The notes beneath the pieces are model-generated. The model made no database searches. It saw nothing but the letters and a program-made list of their open reading frames with translations, and was not told the origin of the DNA. The position numbers were made by a program, and so were the translations under genes. DNA of 64,000 bases. Origin: an uncultured Actinomycetota bacterium (GTDB lineage Bacteria > Actinomycetota > Actinomycetes > JAFAQI01). Every line of letters starts with the position of its first letter. The first letter of the stretch is position 1. The stretch lies in assembly GCA_963770565.1 (NCBI GenBank), contig CAVYQE010000001.1, forward strand, positions 640,001 to 704,000, given 5' to 3'. Positions 37,785-49,308 of this stretch are shown piece after piece.

Positions 37785-38517
37785 CCAGCCGGCGACCGGC
37801 GGCGTTCTCGGTCGCTTGCGGGCCCCAGCCCGCGGCGCTCCCTGCGGCCTTGCCGGTCATCCGGCTGGACGCGAGCGGTTCGCGACCCGGCGACCGGCGG
37901 CGTTCTCGGTCGCTTGCGGGCCCCAGCCCGCGGCGCTCCCTGCGGCCTTGCCGGTCATCCGGCTGGACGCCACGTCCCCCCGCTTGCGTGCCCCAGCCCG
38001 CGGCGCTCCCTGCGGCCTTGCCGGTCATCCGGCTGGACGCCAGCGGTTCGCGACCCGGCGACCGGCGGCGTTCTCGGTCGCTTGCGGGCCCCAGCCCGCG
38101 GCGCTCCCTGCGGCCTTGCCGGTCATCCGGCTGGACGCCAGCGGTTCGCGACCCGGCGACCGGCGGCGTTCTCGGTCGCTTGCGGGCCCCAGCCCGCGGC
38201 GCTCCCTGCGGCCTTGCCGGTCATCCGGCTGGACGCCAGCGGTTCGCGACCCGGCGACCGGCGGCGTTCTCGGTCGCTTGCGGGCCCCAGCCCGCGGCGC
38301 TCCCTGCGGCCTTGCCGGTCATCCGGCTGGACGCCAGCGGTTCGCGACCCGGCGACCGGCGGCGTTCTCGGTCGCTTGCGGGCCCCAGCCCGCGGCGCTC
38401 CCTGCGGCCTTGCTCGAAACGCTGAGAACGCGACTGGCGGCGTTCTCCCACGCTTGCGTGCCTTTGAGCATGCGGCGCTCCCTGCGGCCTTGCCACTCGC
38501 GCCCTCAGCGTTTCGAG
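37785..38517. repeat. Tandem array of 8 family A cores (mostly 98-bp period)
   Basis: GTTCTC anchors at 37804, 37902, 38070, 38168, 38266, 38364, 38442 plus 5'-truncated core at 37981. Confidence 0.95.
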
Positions 38518-38575
38518 TCGGGGTTTCGAACGCGGCCGCCGACCGGCGGCGTTGTTGGTCGGGCACACTGGGTGG

Positions 38576-39151
38576 GTGACTGACGGCGGCGGCACGGACC
38601 AGTCTGGGTCAGAGCCGGCCGCGAACCCCTACGCGGCCCCACCGCCGGGTTGGCAGCAGCCGTCGGCACCTCCGCCGTACGCGCCGCCGCCCAACTGGAC
38701 GCCGCCGCCACCGCCCTATGCTGCGCCGCCCGGCTGGACACCGCCACCACCTTCGCCACCGCCGCCGTATGGGGCTCCGCCGGGGTGGCAGCCACCGCCG
38801 TACGCGGGTGCACCGATGTACGGCACGGCGCCGGGGGGCTATCCGGCGCCGTACGGGTATCCCGCCCCGGGGTACTACCAGGCGCAGAGCACCAACGGCT
38901 TTGCGGTCGCGGGGTTGCTGTGCTCGATCCTGGTCGGATGGGTGCCCTTCCTGGGCGGCATCCTGGGGATCACCTTCGGCCTCATCGCGCTCCGGCAGTG
39001 CAAGCGCACCGGCCAACGAGGTCGAGGAATGGCGATCGCGGGCATCGTGATCGGCGCCGTGGGCATCGTGTTGTGGATCCTCTTGTTCGCCCTCGAGACC
39101 GTGACCGGTTCGAGCAGTTCGAGCCCGGGTTTCGGCACGGTCATTTTCTGA
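38576..39151 (+). CDS. Pro-rich membrane protein (DUF4190-like)
   Basis: Pro/Tyr/Gly-rich N-terminus, TNGFAVAGL, GQRGRGMAIAGIVIG. Confidence 0.8.
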   Translation: MTDGGGTDQSGSEPAANPYAAPPPGWQQPSAPPPYAPPPNWTPPPPPYAAPPGWTPPPPSPPPPYGAPPGWQPPPYAGAPMYGTAPGGYPAPYGYPAPGYYQAQSTNGFAVAGLLCSILVGWVPFLGGILGITFGLIALRQCKRTGQRGRGMAIAGIVIGAVGIVLWILLFALETVTGSSSSSPGFGTVIF

Positions 39152-39692
39152 GCCTTGCGAGCTCGGCGTAGGCCGCGGTCAGGGCCGGCTGCTGGTAGTG
39201 GGCGTTGAGCCCGCTCGGATTCGGCAGCACCCAGACCGCCGCGCTCTCGATCGTCTCGGCCTGCGGGCCGATGCCGGCCTTGCCCCGGCCGAACGCGACC
39301 CGATAGGCCGAGATGCCGAGGAACGCGACGAATCGCGGCCGCCACCGCCGGACCAGCGCGCGCAGCGGCTCGATTCCGGCCCGAAGCTCGTCGTTCGTCA
39401 GCTCGTCGGCGCGGGCGGTGGCCCTGGCTACCAGGTTCGTGATCCCTAGCCCGGCCGCCTCGATCGCGGTGGTCTCGGTCGGGGCGAGCCGGTGGTCGGT
39501 GAAGCCGGCTTCGTGCAACGTGCGCCACAGCCGGTTGCCCGGCCGGGCGAAGTGCAGCCCGGCCCACCCCGACCACAGCGAGGGGTTGATCCCGACCAGC
39601 AGGATGTCGGTCTGCGGCCCGCCGAGATCCGGGATGGTTGCGCCGTACGCTGCTTGGAGTTGTTCCCGGCTCGGCCCCACCCGGTCGATCAT
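39141..39692 (-). CDS. mug: G/U mismatch-specific DNA glycosylase
   Basis: VGINPS, HFARPGNR, LPNPSGLNA. Confidence 0.92.
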   Translation of the reverse strand: MIDRVGPSREQLQAAYGATIPDLGGPQTDILLVGINPSLWSGWAGLHFARPGNRLWRTLHEAGFTDHRLAPTETTAIEAAGLGITNLVARATARADELTNDELRAGIEPLRALVRRWRPRFVAFLGISAYRVAFGRGKAGIGPQAETIESAAVWVLPNPSGLNAHYQQPALTAAYAELARLRK

Positions 39693-39819
39693 GCCCGTTC
39701 GAGCACACACGGTGCCGCGCGGAGCGTGAAATCCGGACGTAGGGTGGTAAAACGGCGGTCGAATGGCAGCGATGTGTGCCGCAACGGGCCGGCCGGAGCT
39801 CGCCGCCGGAGGTAGTGGG

Positions 39820-40071
39820 TCAGTTTGAATGGCCGCAGTTGATGCAGCTTTCGTGAGCGGTCAGTACGCGGAACCCGTTTCGCCAGACCATGCCTTCAAC
39901 TCGGACCATCGAGCCTCGACAGCGCCGACATTGCGCGGAGGCCGGTATCCGATGAAACCGCTGCCCGCAGGCGGCGCATTGCAGGCGCACTCGGGTTGTG
40001 CCGTGAGGGCCGCGCTTGTCGGTTCCCTCACCGTTGATCTCAGTGCTGCCGCACGTCGGACACGCAACCAT
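39820..40071 (-). CDS. Small Zn-ribbon protein (four CxxC)
   Basis: CPTC, CAAC, CRRC, CINC; TACGCT 6 nt upstream of ATG; stop inside left TIR. Confidence 0.65.
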   Translation of the reverse strand: MVACPTCGSTEINGEGTDKRGPHGTTRVRLQCAACGQRFHRIPASAQCRRCRGSMVRVEGMVWRNGFRVLTAHESCINCGHSN

Positions 40072-40145
40072 CCTGAGAGCGTAGGGCGCATCGCACCATG
40101 AGATACGGCGTTACACACATACCCGTCGGGCTCATAGCCGACGGC

Positions 40146-40370
40146 TCAGATGCTCGGGCGGCACGCCGCGCAGAGGCGTGGTTCGGTCGCCTGCGAAGCC
40201 TTGTCGCGAGCCTCGCGGAATGTGACGAACGGGCCGTGCCACGTCCCGTTGTCCGACCGCGTTCCGCTGCGCACGCCCTGCCCCTCGTTGCAGTAGCCGC
40301 AGCGACCCTCGTGGACGGTGGCCCGGTGGCCGTGCGCCCGCCAGTTCTCGTAGACGTAGAAGTGCGCCAT
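40146..40370 (-). CDS. Small Cys/His-rich hypothetical protein (74 aa)
   Basis: MAHFYVYENW...HEGRCGYC...WHGPF...CAAC; TACGCT 6 nt upstream of ATG. Confidence 0.7.
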   Translation of the reverse strand: MAHFYVYENWRAHGHRATVHEGRCGYCNEGQGVRSGTRSDNGTWHGPFVTFREARDKASQATEPRLCAACRPSI

Positions 40371-40725
40371 GCGCTCAGCGTAGGCATAGGTCGCTATGAG
40401 AAATAGCGTTACGCATATAGCCGGCGACATGTTGCATGGTTCGGCTGACGGCTGCGGAGTCTCGGATTAGCGTTTATTCACCCGTTCGGTAGAGCATCGG
40501 CTGCGGTTGCCACGCCGATGAATTACATGGATGGCATGCCGGAACTACAAGAGTAGGATTCACTTGTGAACAAGTGCACAAGGAGCCGTCCATGAGCGAT
40601 CCCGTCACTGTCACGACAGCGCAGGCTCCTGCATCGGCTGGCAAGGTCATCCAGCCCGACCCCAATGGGGCAATCTTCGGCCCGGGGCTACGGCCCCGGT
40701 CTTCTCGTTCCGGTATCCAAGTAGC

Positions 40726-41160
40726 GTGCACGTCGCCTTCATCCTGTGCGACGCAGCGCAGACGTCGCCAGACGGCAAGACTCACATCCTCGGGGCTGGA
40801 TGGCGCGACTGTGGTCCCATTGTCGCTGCCCATGCCGTGGTGGCCATTATCACGGTCACTGGACCCGAAATGGGCGAGCACAAGCTGCGCCTAGAACTTG
40901 TTGATGAAGATGGCCACCCTGTGGTCGTTCAGACGCCAGGTGGTCCGATGACCATTAAGGCCGAAGGAACGATGATGATCGGCGCGAAGGACACCTTCGA
41001 TATCGGACGAGAAGGCGATGTCGCCTTCGTGGCTCCGGTTGGACCTGGCTTGCCGTTGACGCCCGGTGGCACATACGTCTGGCAATTGTGGATTGACGAC
41101 GACACCCGTGAGGAGTGGAGACACCCCTTCTATGTCCGCCCACTGCCTCAGGGCACCTAA
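40726..41160 (+). CDS. Hypothetical protein, predicted beta-rich (DUF6941-like)
   Basis: ILCDAAQ...DGKTHILGAGW...PGGTYVWQLWID pattern. Confidence 0.65.
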   Translation: MHVAFILCDAAQTSPDGKTHILGAGWRDCGPIVAAHAVVAIITVTGPEMGEHKLRLELVDEDGHPVVVQTPGGPMTIKAEGTMMIGAKDTFDIGREGDVAFVAPVGPGLPLTPGGTYVWQLWIDDDTREEWRHPFYVRPLPQGT

Positions 41161-42039
41161 CTACTCGGGCAACTTGTAGTCGAGCAGCCCGACGATGTCA
41201 GTGAGCGTCCACACACGGTTGGCTTTGCCTGCCGCCATCGCCGGAGTGGTCTTGCGGCCACCGTTCGCCTTCGTGAGCGTCTGGTGCGGACGAGCGAAGT
41301 TGTAGTAGACGAAGTGGAGCGAGACGGCGGCGGCGAGGTTCTCGACCTTCTTAGAGAACCCGTTGGTCAGGCGGGTGAAGCGGCGCATCGACATCCGCAT
41401 GGTCAGGTTCTGACGCTCGACGTAGGACGTGCTGACATGATCCGTCGGTCCGGGTGACCGTTGATGCGCTTGACCTCGGCACCGGTGCAGATCGCGGGTG
41501 AGTAGCGGCGTTCCGGTGTCGTCGGGGTTCGGTTGGTCGTACTGCTTGACGAGCATGCGCGTAGTCGATGTCGCCAGCGAATGCACCCCTCGACCGCTGA
41601 TGAGGTAGGAGCTAAGGCCGTCCGTGGTGAGCTGCATCCGGCCGGCGCACCCGGTAGGCCAGGTCGTCCATGAGCAACTGTCGCGTAAGCAGCGGATCGC
41701 GTCCGCAACGAGGTAGGACAGGACAAGCTTCGTGTCGGCGTCGATCGCGGTCCACGTCCACACGTCGCCGTAGCCGAACTCGTCCTTGTGTTCTTCGGGG
41801 ACGTTCTTCGGCCTTGGCGTAGAAGAACGACCAGATCTCGTCCACTGGACGCGCTTGCACGTCGAGGTCGATCAGCAGTTCGTGTCGCCGCGTAGGAGCA
41901 GGCGTCACCGAGATCGACCAGAAGCTTGCTGATCGTGTTCTTCGCCACGCCGGTCATGCGGACGGTGGCGCGGATCGAGATGCCTTCGACAAGACAGCCG
42001 ATGACTTGCGCCTCGCTTCTCGGTGCTGAGCTTGTTCAT
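41161..42039 (-). pseudogene. IS1-family DDE transposase, multiply frameshifted
   Basis: Fragments in different frames: MNKLSTEKR, SIRATVRMTGVAKNTISKLL, DEIWSF, WTWTAIDADTKL, TTDG, STSYVERQNLTMRMSMRRFTRLTNGFSKK, TPAMAAG. Confidence 0.88.
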
Positions 42040-42046
42040 ACTGACC

Positions 42047-42075
42047 ATTATGCTTGAGCGAATCATACTTGTCAA
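42047..42075 (-). promoter_or_regulatory. Transposase promoter (probably leaderless)
   Basis: TTGACA-17 bp-CATAAT on minus strand, 7 nt before ATG 42039. Confidence 0.75.
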
Positions 42076-42133
42076 TACTCACTATGAGGTTTACTATCTA
42101 TCATAGTGAAGCGTTGATAGGGAGATTACACAA

Positions 42134-43277
42134 GTGTTATTCACATACAACGAACTTGACGAGCGAGAACAAGCGGTTGTTCAGCAAGTCGAGGAAATGA
42201 AGCAGACCCTCAGGTGGCAGTTGCACGAACCGCGCCGATGGGTCGGTTCATTGCGCCGCCTCGCGTTCGCGCGAAATATCCAGGGTTCGAACAGCATCGA
42301 AGGCTTTGAAGCCGCCCTCGATGATGCGGCGGCGGTGGCGGCAGGCGAAGAACCCCTAGACGCCAGCGAAGAGACCAGCCTCGCACTTGCCGGTTATCGA
42401 GACGCGATGACCTACGTCTTGCAACTCGCGAACGAGCCCGACTTCGAGCACTCCGAGCAGCTGATCAAGAGCATGCACTTCATGATGACTAAGTACGCGC
42501 TGAAGAACCGGCCTGGCCGGTGGCGCGTCGGTCCGATCTATGTCCACAACGAGCGGACTAACCAGATCGTGCATGAAGGCGCGGACGTTGAACTTGTGCC
42601 CAAGTTGATGCACGAGCTCGTGTTGGATATGTCCAACGAGGACCCCGGAGTGCCAGTCATCGTGCGAGCGGCGATAGCTCACTTGAACCTCGCGATGATC
42701 CACCCGTTTCGAGACGGCAACGGAAGAATGGCTCGTTGCGTTCAGAGCCTGGTCCTAGCTCGTGAAGGCGTGCTGGCCCCCGTGTTCATGAGCATCGAGG
42801 AATACCTAGGCCGCAACACCGACGACTACTACGACGTGCTTGCGGAGGTTGGTGGCGGTTCGTGGCAGCCGGAGCGCGCGGCGAAGCCGTGGGTGCGCTT
42901 CATTTTGACAGCGCATCTACGGCAGGCTCGAACACTGCAGATGCGGGTACACGAATCCGAGCAGCTGTGGGAGCAACTGGAGCGGATCGTCACAGCGAAC
43001 GGACTGCAGTATCGGACAATCGCCGCTTTGTTCGACGCCGCTGTCGGGCTGAGAGTCCGCCGGTCGACATACCTGAAGTACTTCGATGAGGACTCCATAC
43101 ATTTCCGAACAGACGGCCAGCCGCGACCTCAAACAAATGGTCGACGCGGGATTGCTGATCGCTAGAGGTGAGAAGCGTGGTCGCTATTACGCGGCCAGTG
43201 CGGCCCTGCGGGCGGTCTTCATGGACATCGTCGAAACACGGAAGGCTCGGGACGAGTCAGATCCCTTCGCCGCGTGA
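42134..43277 (+). CDS. Fic-family protein with C-terminal HTH-like region (frameshift near 43100)
   Basis: HPFRDGNGRMAR; SNSIEG; ISEQTASRDLKQMVDAGLL...RGRYY continues in frame 43086..43277. Confidence 0.85.
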
Positions 43278-43508
43278 GCGACCCCACCTAGCCGATGCCG
43301 CCTTCTTCGCGATCTCGCTGCGCTGCTCAGCGGTGAGCTTCGCCGCCCTGGCCTTCCCGCCTTTCAGCCCGCCACGACGGCCCAGCGACACGGCGGCGGG
43401 GTCTTTGCCGGCGTCCTTGTCCTCGCGTGAGTCGGGCTCGGTTGCGGACTGTACGATCGCGGCGGCGAGCTGGTTGATGTCGCGGGGTTTGCGTGAGCGG
43501 TCAGGCAT
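43257..43508 (-). CDS. Small basic KGG-motif protein
   Basis: PRDINQLAAAIV...DPAAVSLGRRGGLKGGKARAAKLTAEQRSEIAKKAASARW; TTGACG-17 bp-GACCGT upstream. Confidence 0.8.
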   Translation of the reverse strand: MPDRSRKPRDINQLAAAIVQSATEPDSREDKDAGKDPAAVSLGRRGGLKGGKARAAKLTAEQRSEIAKKAASARWGRSRGEGI

Positions 43509-43588
43509 AGCCCCACGGTCGCACGCCTGTCGGCGAGCGTCAAAGAAAGTCCGATTCAAACTGACCCACTACCCCGCCGGATCGCTCT

Positions 43589-43618
43589 TTGACCGGGTGG
43601 TTTGCGCTCGGCTAGTGT
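43589..43618 (+). promoter_or_regulatory. Putative str operon promoter
   Basis: TTGACC-18 bp-TAGTGT upstream of the rpsL leader. Confidence 0.6.
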
Positions 43619-43915
43619 GGCCGTCGGTGCCTGGGGGATCTCCAGGTGCTGTGTCGTGCGCAAGACCCCGACACCTCCGTGACCAGCACGGTGCCCAGCG
43701 CCCGGAAGTTCAGCGCTGAGCAGCCGACCGGGCCGGGTGTCGGAACTTCCGAGCAGACCATCGGCGCTGTTAGGCGCGGGCGGAGCGCGGAGTGCGCGAC
43801 ACACCCGACCGCGTGGGTCGGGTATAACACCGCAAAACAGATCAAAAGCACCACCCGCCACCAGGCGGATCCACCGCAACGAACAAGCGTCACCCGAGCA
43901 TGAGGAGTACGGCGA

Positions 43916-44287
43916 GTGCCTACGATCTCTCAGCTGGTTCGCAAGGGCCGGCAGGACAAGATCGCCAAGACCAAGACGCCGGCGCTGAAGGGCAGCCCGC
44001 AGCGTCGTGGCGTCTGCACGCGCGTCTATACGACGACGCCGAAGAAGCCGAACTCCGCCCTGCGCAAGGTCGCCCGCGTCCGCCTGACGACGGGCGTCGA
44101 GGTCACGGCCTACATCCCCGGCGTCGGCCACAACCTCCAGGAGCACTCGATCGTGCTCGTGCGCGGTGGCCGGGTGAAGGACCTGCCGGGTGTCCGCTAC
44201 AAGATCATCCGCGGCTCGCTCGACACGCAAGGCGTGCGGGGCCGCAAGCAGGCCCGCAGCCGCTACGGCGCGAAGAGGGAGAAGTAA
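43916..44287 (+). CDS. rpsL: 30S ribosomal protein S12
   Basis: [21 protein letters not shown]. Confidence 0.99.
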   Translation: MPTISQLVRKGRQDKIAKTKTPALKGSPQRRGVCTRVYTTTPKKPNSALRKVARVRLTTGVEVTAYIPGVGHNLQEHSIVLVRGGRVKDLPGVRYKIIRGSLDTQGVRGRKQARSRYGAKREK

Positions 44288-44290
44288 GCG

Positions 44291-44761
44291 ATGCCGCGTA
44301 AAGGTCCCGCGGCCAAGCACCCGGTCATCGTCGACCCGGTGTACGGCTCGCCGATCGTCACCTCGCTGGTCAACAAGATCCTGACCGGCGGCAAGCGCTC
44401 GCTCGCCCAGCGCATCGTCTACGACGCGCTCGAGGGTTGCCGCGAGAAGACCGGTGCCGATCCGGTCGTGACGCTCAAGCGCGCGCTCGACAACGTCAAG
44501 CCGGCCCTCGAGGTCAAGAGCCGCCGGGTGGGTGGCGCGACCTACCAGGTCCCGGTCGAGGTCAAGCCAGGCCGCAGCACCACGCTCGCGCTGCGCTGGC
44601 TGGTCATGTACTCCCGGCAGCGCCGAGAGAAGACGATGACCGAGCGCCTCACCAACGAGCTGCTCGACGCCAGCAACGGCCTCGGTGCCGCTGTGAAGCG
44701 CCGCGAAGACACCCACAAGATGGCCGAGTCCAACAAGGCCTTCGCCCACTACCGCTGGTAA
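44291..44761 (+). CDS. rpsG: 30S ribosomal protein S7
   Basis: [21 protein letters not shown]. Confidence 0.99.
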   Translation: MPRKGPAAKHPVIVDPVYGSPIVTSLVNKILTGGKRSLAQRIVYDALEGCREKTGADPVVTLKRALDNVKPALEVKSRRVGGATYQVPVEVKPGRSTTLALRWLVMYSRQRREKTMTERLTNELLDASNGLGAAVKRREDTHKMAESNKAFAHYRW

Positions 44762-44807
44762 GCGGACCGAGCACTCATTCACCAACGACGCTGAGGACAG
44801 AACAGAA

Positions 44808-46916
<2,109 letters not shown>

Positions 46917-46987
46917 CACCCCACAAGCTTCCAGAGCGTCACTGACCGGCGCACTGGTGGAGATCGAACAGTCCAGGGAGGACAGCA

Positions 46988-48181
46988 GTGGCTAAGGCCA
47001 AGTTCCAGCGGACCAAGCCGCACGTCAACATCGGCACCATCGGGCACATCGACCATGGCAAGACGACGCTGACAGCCGCCATCACCAAGGTCCTGCACGA
47101 CAAGTACCCGACGCTCAACGAGGTGTCGGCGTTCGACCAGATCGACAAGGCACCCGAGGAGCGCGAGCGCGGCATCACGATCTCGATCGCGCACGTCGAG
47201 TACCAGACCGAGAAGCGGCACTACGCGCACGTCGACTGCCCGGGTCACGCCGACTACATCAAGAACATGATCACCGGCGCGGCTCAGATGGACGGCGCGA
47301 TCCTGGTGGTCGCAGCGACCGATGGCCCGATGCCGCAGACCCGTGAGCACGTGCTGCTCGCCCGTCAGGTCGGTGTCCCCTACATCGTCGTCGCGCTCAA
47401 CAAGGCCGACATGGTCGACGACGAGGAGATCCTCGAGCTCGTCGAGCTCGAGGTCCGCGAGCTGCTGTCGTCGCAGGAGTACCCCGGCGACGACCTGCCC
47501 GTGGTCCGCGTGTCCGCACTCAAGGCACTCGAGGGCGACGCGGAGTGGGGCGCGAAGGTGCTCGAGCTCATGGACGCCGTGGACAACTTCGTCCCGGAGC
47601 CGGTCCGCGAGATCGAGAAGCCCTTCCTCATGCCGATCGAGGACGTCTTCACGATCACCGGTCGTGGCACCGTCGTCACCGGCCGGATCGAGCGCGGCAT
47701 CGTCAAGGTCAACGAGACCGTCGACATCGTCGGGATCAAGGAAGAGAAGCAGTCGACCACGGTCACCGGCGTCGAGATGTTCCGCAAGCTGCTCGACGAG
47801 GGTCAGGCCGGCGAGAACGTCGGGTTGCTGCTTCGTGGCATCAAGCGCGAGGACGTCGAGCGCGGCCAGGTCGTCATCAAGCCCGGTACGACGACCCCGC
47901 ACACCGACTTCGAGGCCCAGGTCTACATCCTGAGCAAGGAAGAAGGCGGACGGCACACCCCGTTCTTCAACAACTACCGGCCGCAGTTCTACTTCCGCAC
48001 CACGGACGTCACCGGCGTCGTCACGCTGCCCGAGGGCACCGAGATGGTCATGCCGGGCGACAACACCGAGATGTCGGTCGAACTGATCCAGCCGATCGCG
48101 ATGGAAGACGGCCTGCGGTTCGCCATCCGTGAGGGTGGCCGCACCGTGGGTGCCGGTCGAGTCACCAAGATCGCCAAGTAG
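46988..48181 (+). CDS. tuf: Elongation factor Tu
   Basis: [27 protein letters not shown]. Confidence 0.99.
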   Translation: MAKAKFQRTKPHVNIGTIGHIDHGKTTLTAAITKVLHDKYPTLNEVSAFDQIDKAPEERERGITISIAHVEYQTEKRHYAHVDCPGHADYIKNMITGAAQMDGAILVVAATDGPMPQTREHVLLARQVGVPYIVVALNKADMVDDEEILELVELEVRELLSSQEYPGDDLPVVRVSALKALEGDAEWGAKVLELMDAVDNFVPEPVREIEKPFLMPIEDVFTITGRGTVVTGRIERGIVKVNETVDIVGIKEEKQSTTVTGVEMFRKLLDEGQAGENVGLLLRGIKREDVERGQVVIKPGTTTPHTDFEAQVYILSKEEGGRHTPFFNNYRPQFYFRTTDVTGVVTLPEGTEMVMPGDNTEMSVELIQPIAMEDGLRFAIREGGRTVGAGRVTKIAK

Positions 48182-48188
48182 TGATGAG

Positions 48189-48216
48189 GCGGCGGCTGGT
48201 TCGTTCCAGCCGCCGC
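48189..48216 (+). terminator. Hairpin after tuf
   Basis: GCGGCGGCTGG-ttcgtt-CCAGCCGCCGC; no U-tract. Confidence 0.45.
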
Positions 48217-48257
48217 AACAAGGCAAGGCGTTAGACAGCAGCGGACCTGGTTTTTTC

Positions 48258-48301
48258 GGGGTCCCCGCGGAGTCGTGAGCGTAGCGAGCGGCTTCGTGGG
48301 G
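48258..48301 (+). repeat. Family C hairpin element (tuf-rpsJ junction)
   Basis: GGGGTCCCCGCGGAGTCGT-GAGCGTAGCGA-GCGGCTTCGTGGGG. Confidence 0.85.
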
Positions 48302-48323
48302 CAAAGAGAATGTGACGGTAGCG

Positions 48324-48632
48324 ATGGCGGGACAGAAGATCCGCATCCGGCTCAAGGCCTACGACCACGAGATCATCGACTCCTCGGCGCGCAAGATCGT
48401 CGAGACGGTGACTCGCACCGGCGCGCAGGTCGCGGGCCCGGTGCCGCTGCCCACGGAGAAGAACGTCTACTGCGTCATTCGCTCGCCGCACAAGTACAAG
48501 GACTCCCGCGAGCACTTCGAGATGCGCACGCACAAGCGCCTGATCGACATCCTCGACCCCACGCCGAAGACGGTCGACTCACTCATGCGGCTCGACCTCC
48601 CGGCCGGCGTCGACATCGAAATCAAGCTGTGA
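48324..48632 (+). CDS. rpsJ: 30S ribosomal protein S10
   Basis: [27 protein letters not shown]. Confidence 0.99.
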   Translation: MAGQKIRIRLKAYDHEIIDSSARKIVETVTRTGAQVAGPVPLPTEKNVYCVIRSPHKYKDSREHFEMRTHKRLIDILDPTPKTVDSLMRLDLPAGVDIEIKL

Positions 48633-48642
48633 GGACTGCACG

Positions 48643-49308
48643 ATGAACCGCGAACGAAAGGGAATCCTGGGCGAGAAGCTCGGGATGACCCAGGTCTGGG
48701 ACGAGGCGAACCGCCTCGTGCCGGTCACCGTCGTCAAGGCCGGACCCTGTGTCGTCACACTGGTGCGCCGCCCCGAGACCGATGGGTACGACGCGATCCA
48801 GCTCGGCTTCGGCGCGATCGACCCCCGCAAGGTCAACAAGCCCCTGGCCGGCCACTTCGGCAAGGCTGGCGTCCCACCCCGTCGGCACCTGGTCGAGCTG
48901 CGCACCGCGGATGCCTCGTCGTACGAGCTCGGCCAGGAGGTGACGGCCGACGTGTTCGAGCCGGGCACCCTGGTCGACGTCGTCGCGACCAGCAAGGGCA
49001 AGGGTTTCGCCGGCGTCATGAAGCGGCACGGCTTCAGCGGTCTCGGCGCCGGGCACGGCGTGCAGCGCAAGCACCGCTCGCCGGGTTCGATCGGCGGCTG
49101 CGCGACGCCGGGCCGGGTGTTCAAGGGCATGAAGATGGCCGGCCGCCACGGCGGCGAGCGCACCACGACGCTCAACCTGCGGGTCCACTCGGTAGACGCC
49201 GAGCAGGGCGTGCTGTTGATCAAGGGCGCTATTCCCGGCCCGACCGGCTCGCTGGTCCTCGTCCGCAGCGCGGCCAAGGTCCCGGCCATACGGGGCGGTG
49301 CCCGCTGA
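48643..49308 (+). CDS. rplC: 50S ribosomal protein L3
   Basis: [21 protein letters not shown]. Confidence 0.99.
   Translation: MNRERKGILGEKLGMTQVWDEANRLVPVTVVKAGPCVVTLVRRPETDGYDAIQLGFGAIDPRKVNKPLAGHFGKAGVPPRRHLVELRTADASSYELGQEVTADVFEPGTLVDVVATSKGKGFAGVMKRHGFSGLGAGHGVQRKHRSPGSIGGCATPGRVFKGMKMAGRHGGERTTTLNLRVHSVDAEQGVLLIKGAIPGPTGSLVLVRSAAKVPAIRGGAR

Larger units (their letters stand above)
39811..43573. mobile_element. IS1-family-like element with passenger genes
   Basis: Perfect 20-bp TIR GGTAGTGGGTCAGTTTGAAT (39811-39830 / 43554-43573); 8-bp direct repeat CCGCCGGA (39803-39810 / 43574-43581); lower GC. Confidence 0.93.

Noticed and set aside
37785-38517. CRISPR array
   Set aside because: Most inter-core sequences are identical rather than unique spacers, the unit is 98 bp, and there are no cas genes in the window.
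40474-40894. ORFs 40474-40881 (-) and 40574-40894 (+)
   Set aside because: They overlap the more protein-like 40726-41160 ORF and show no motifs.
48181-48234. Short ORF overlapping the tuf stop as a relay ORF
   Set aside because: It ends about 90 nt before rpsJ and before the element, so there is no coupling.
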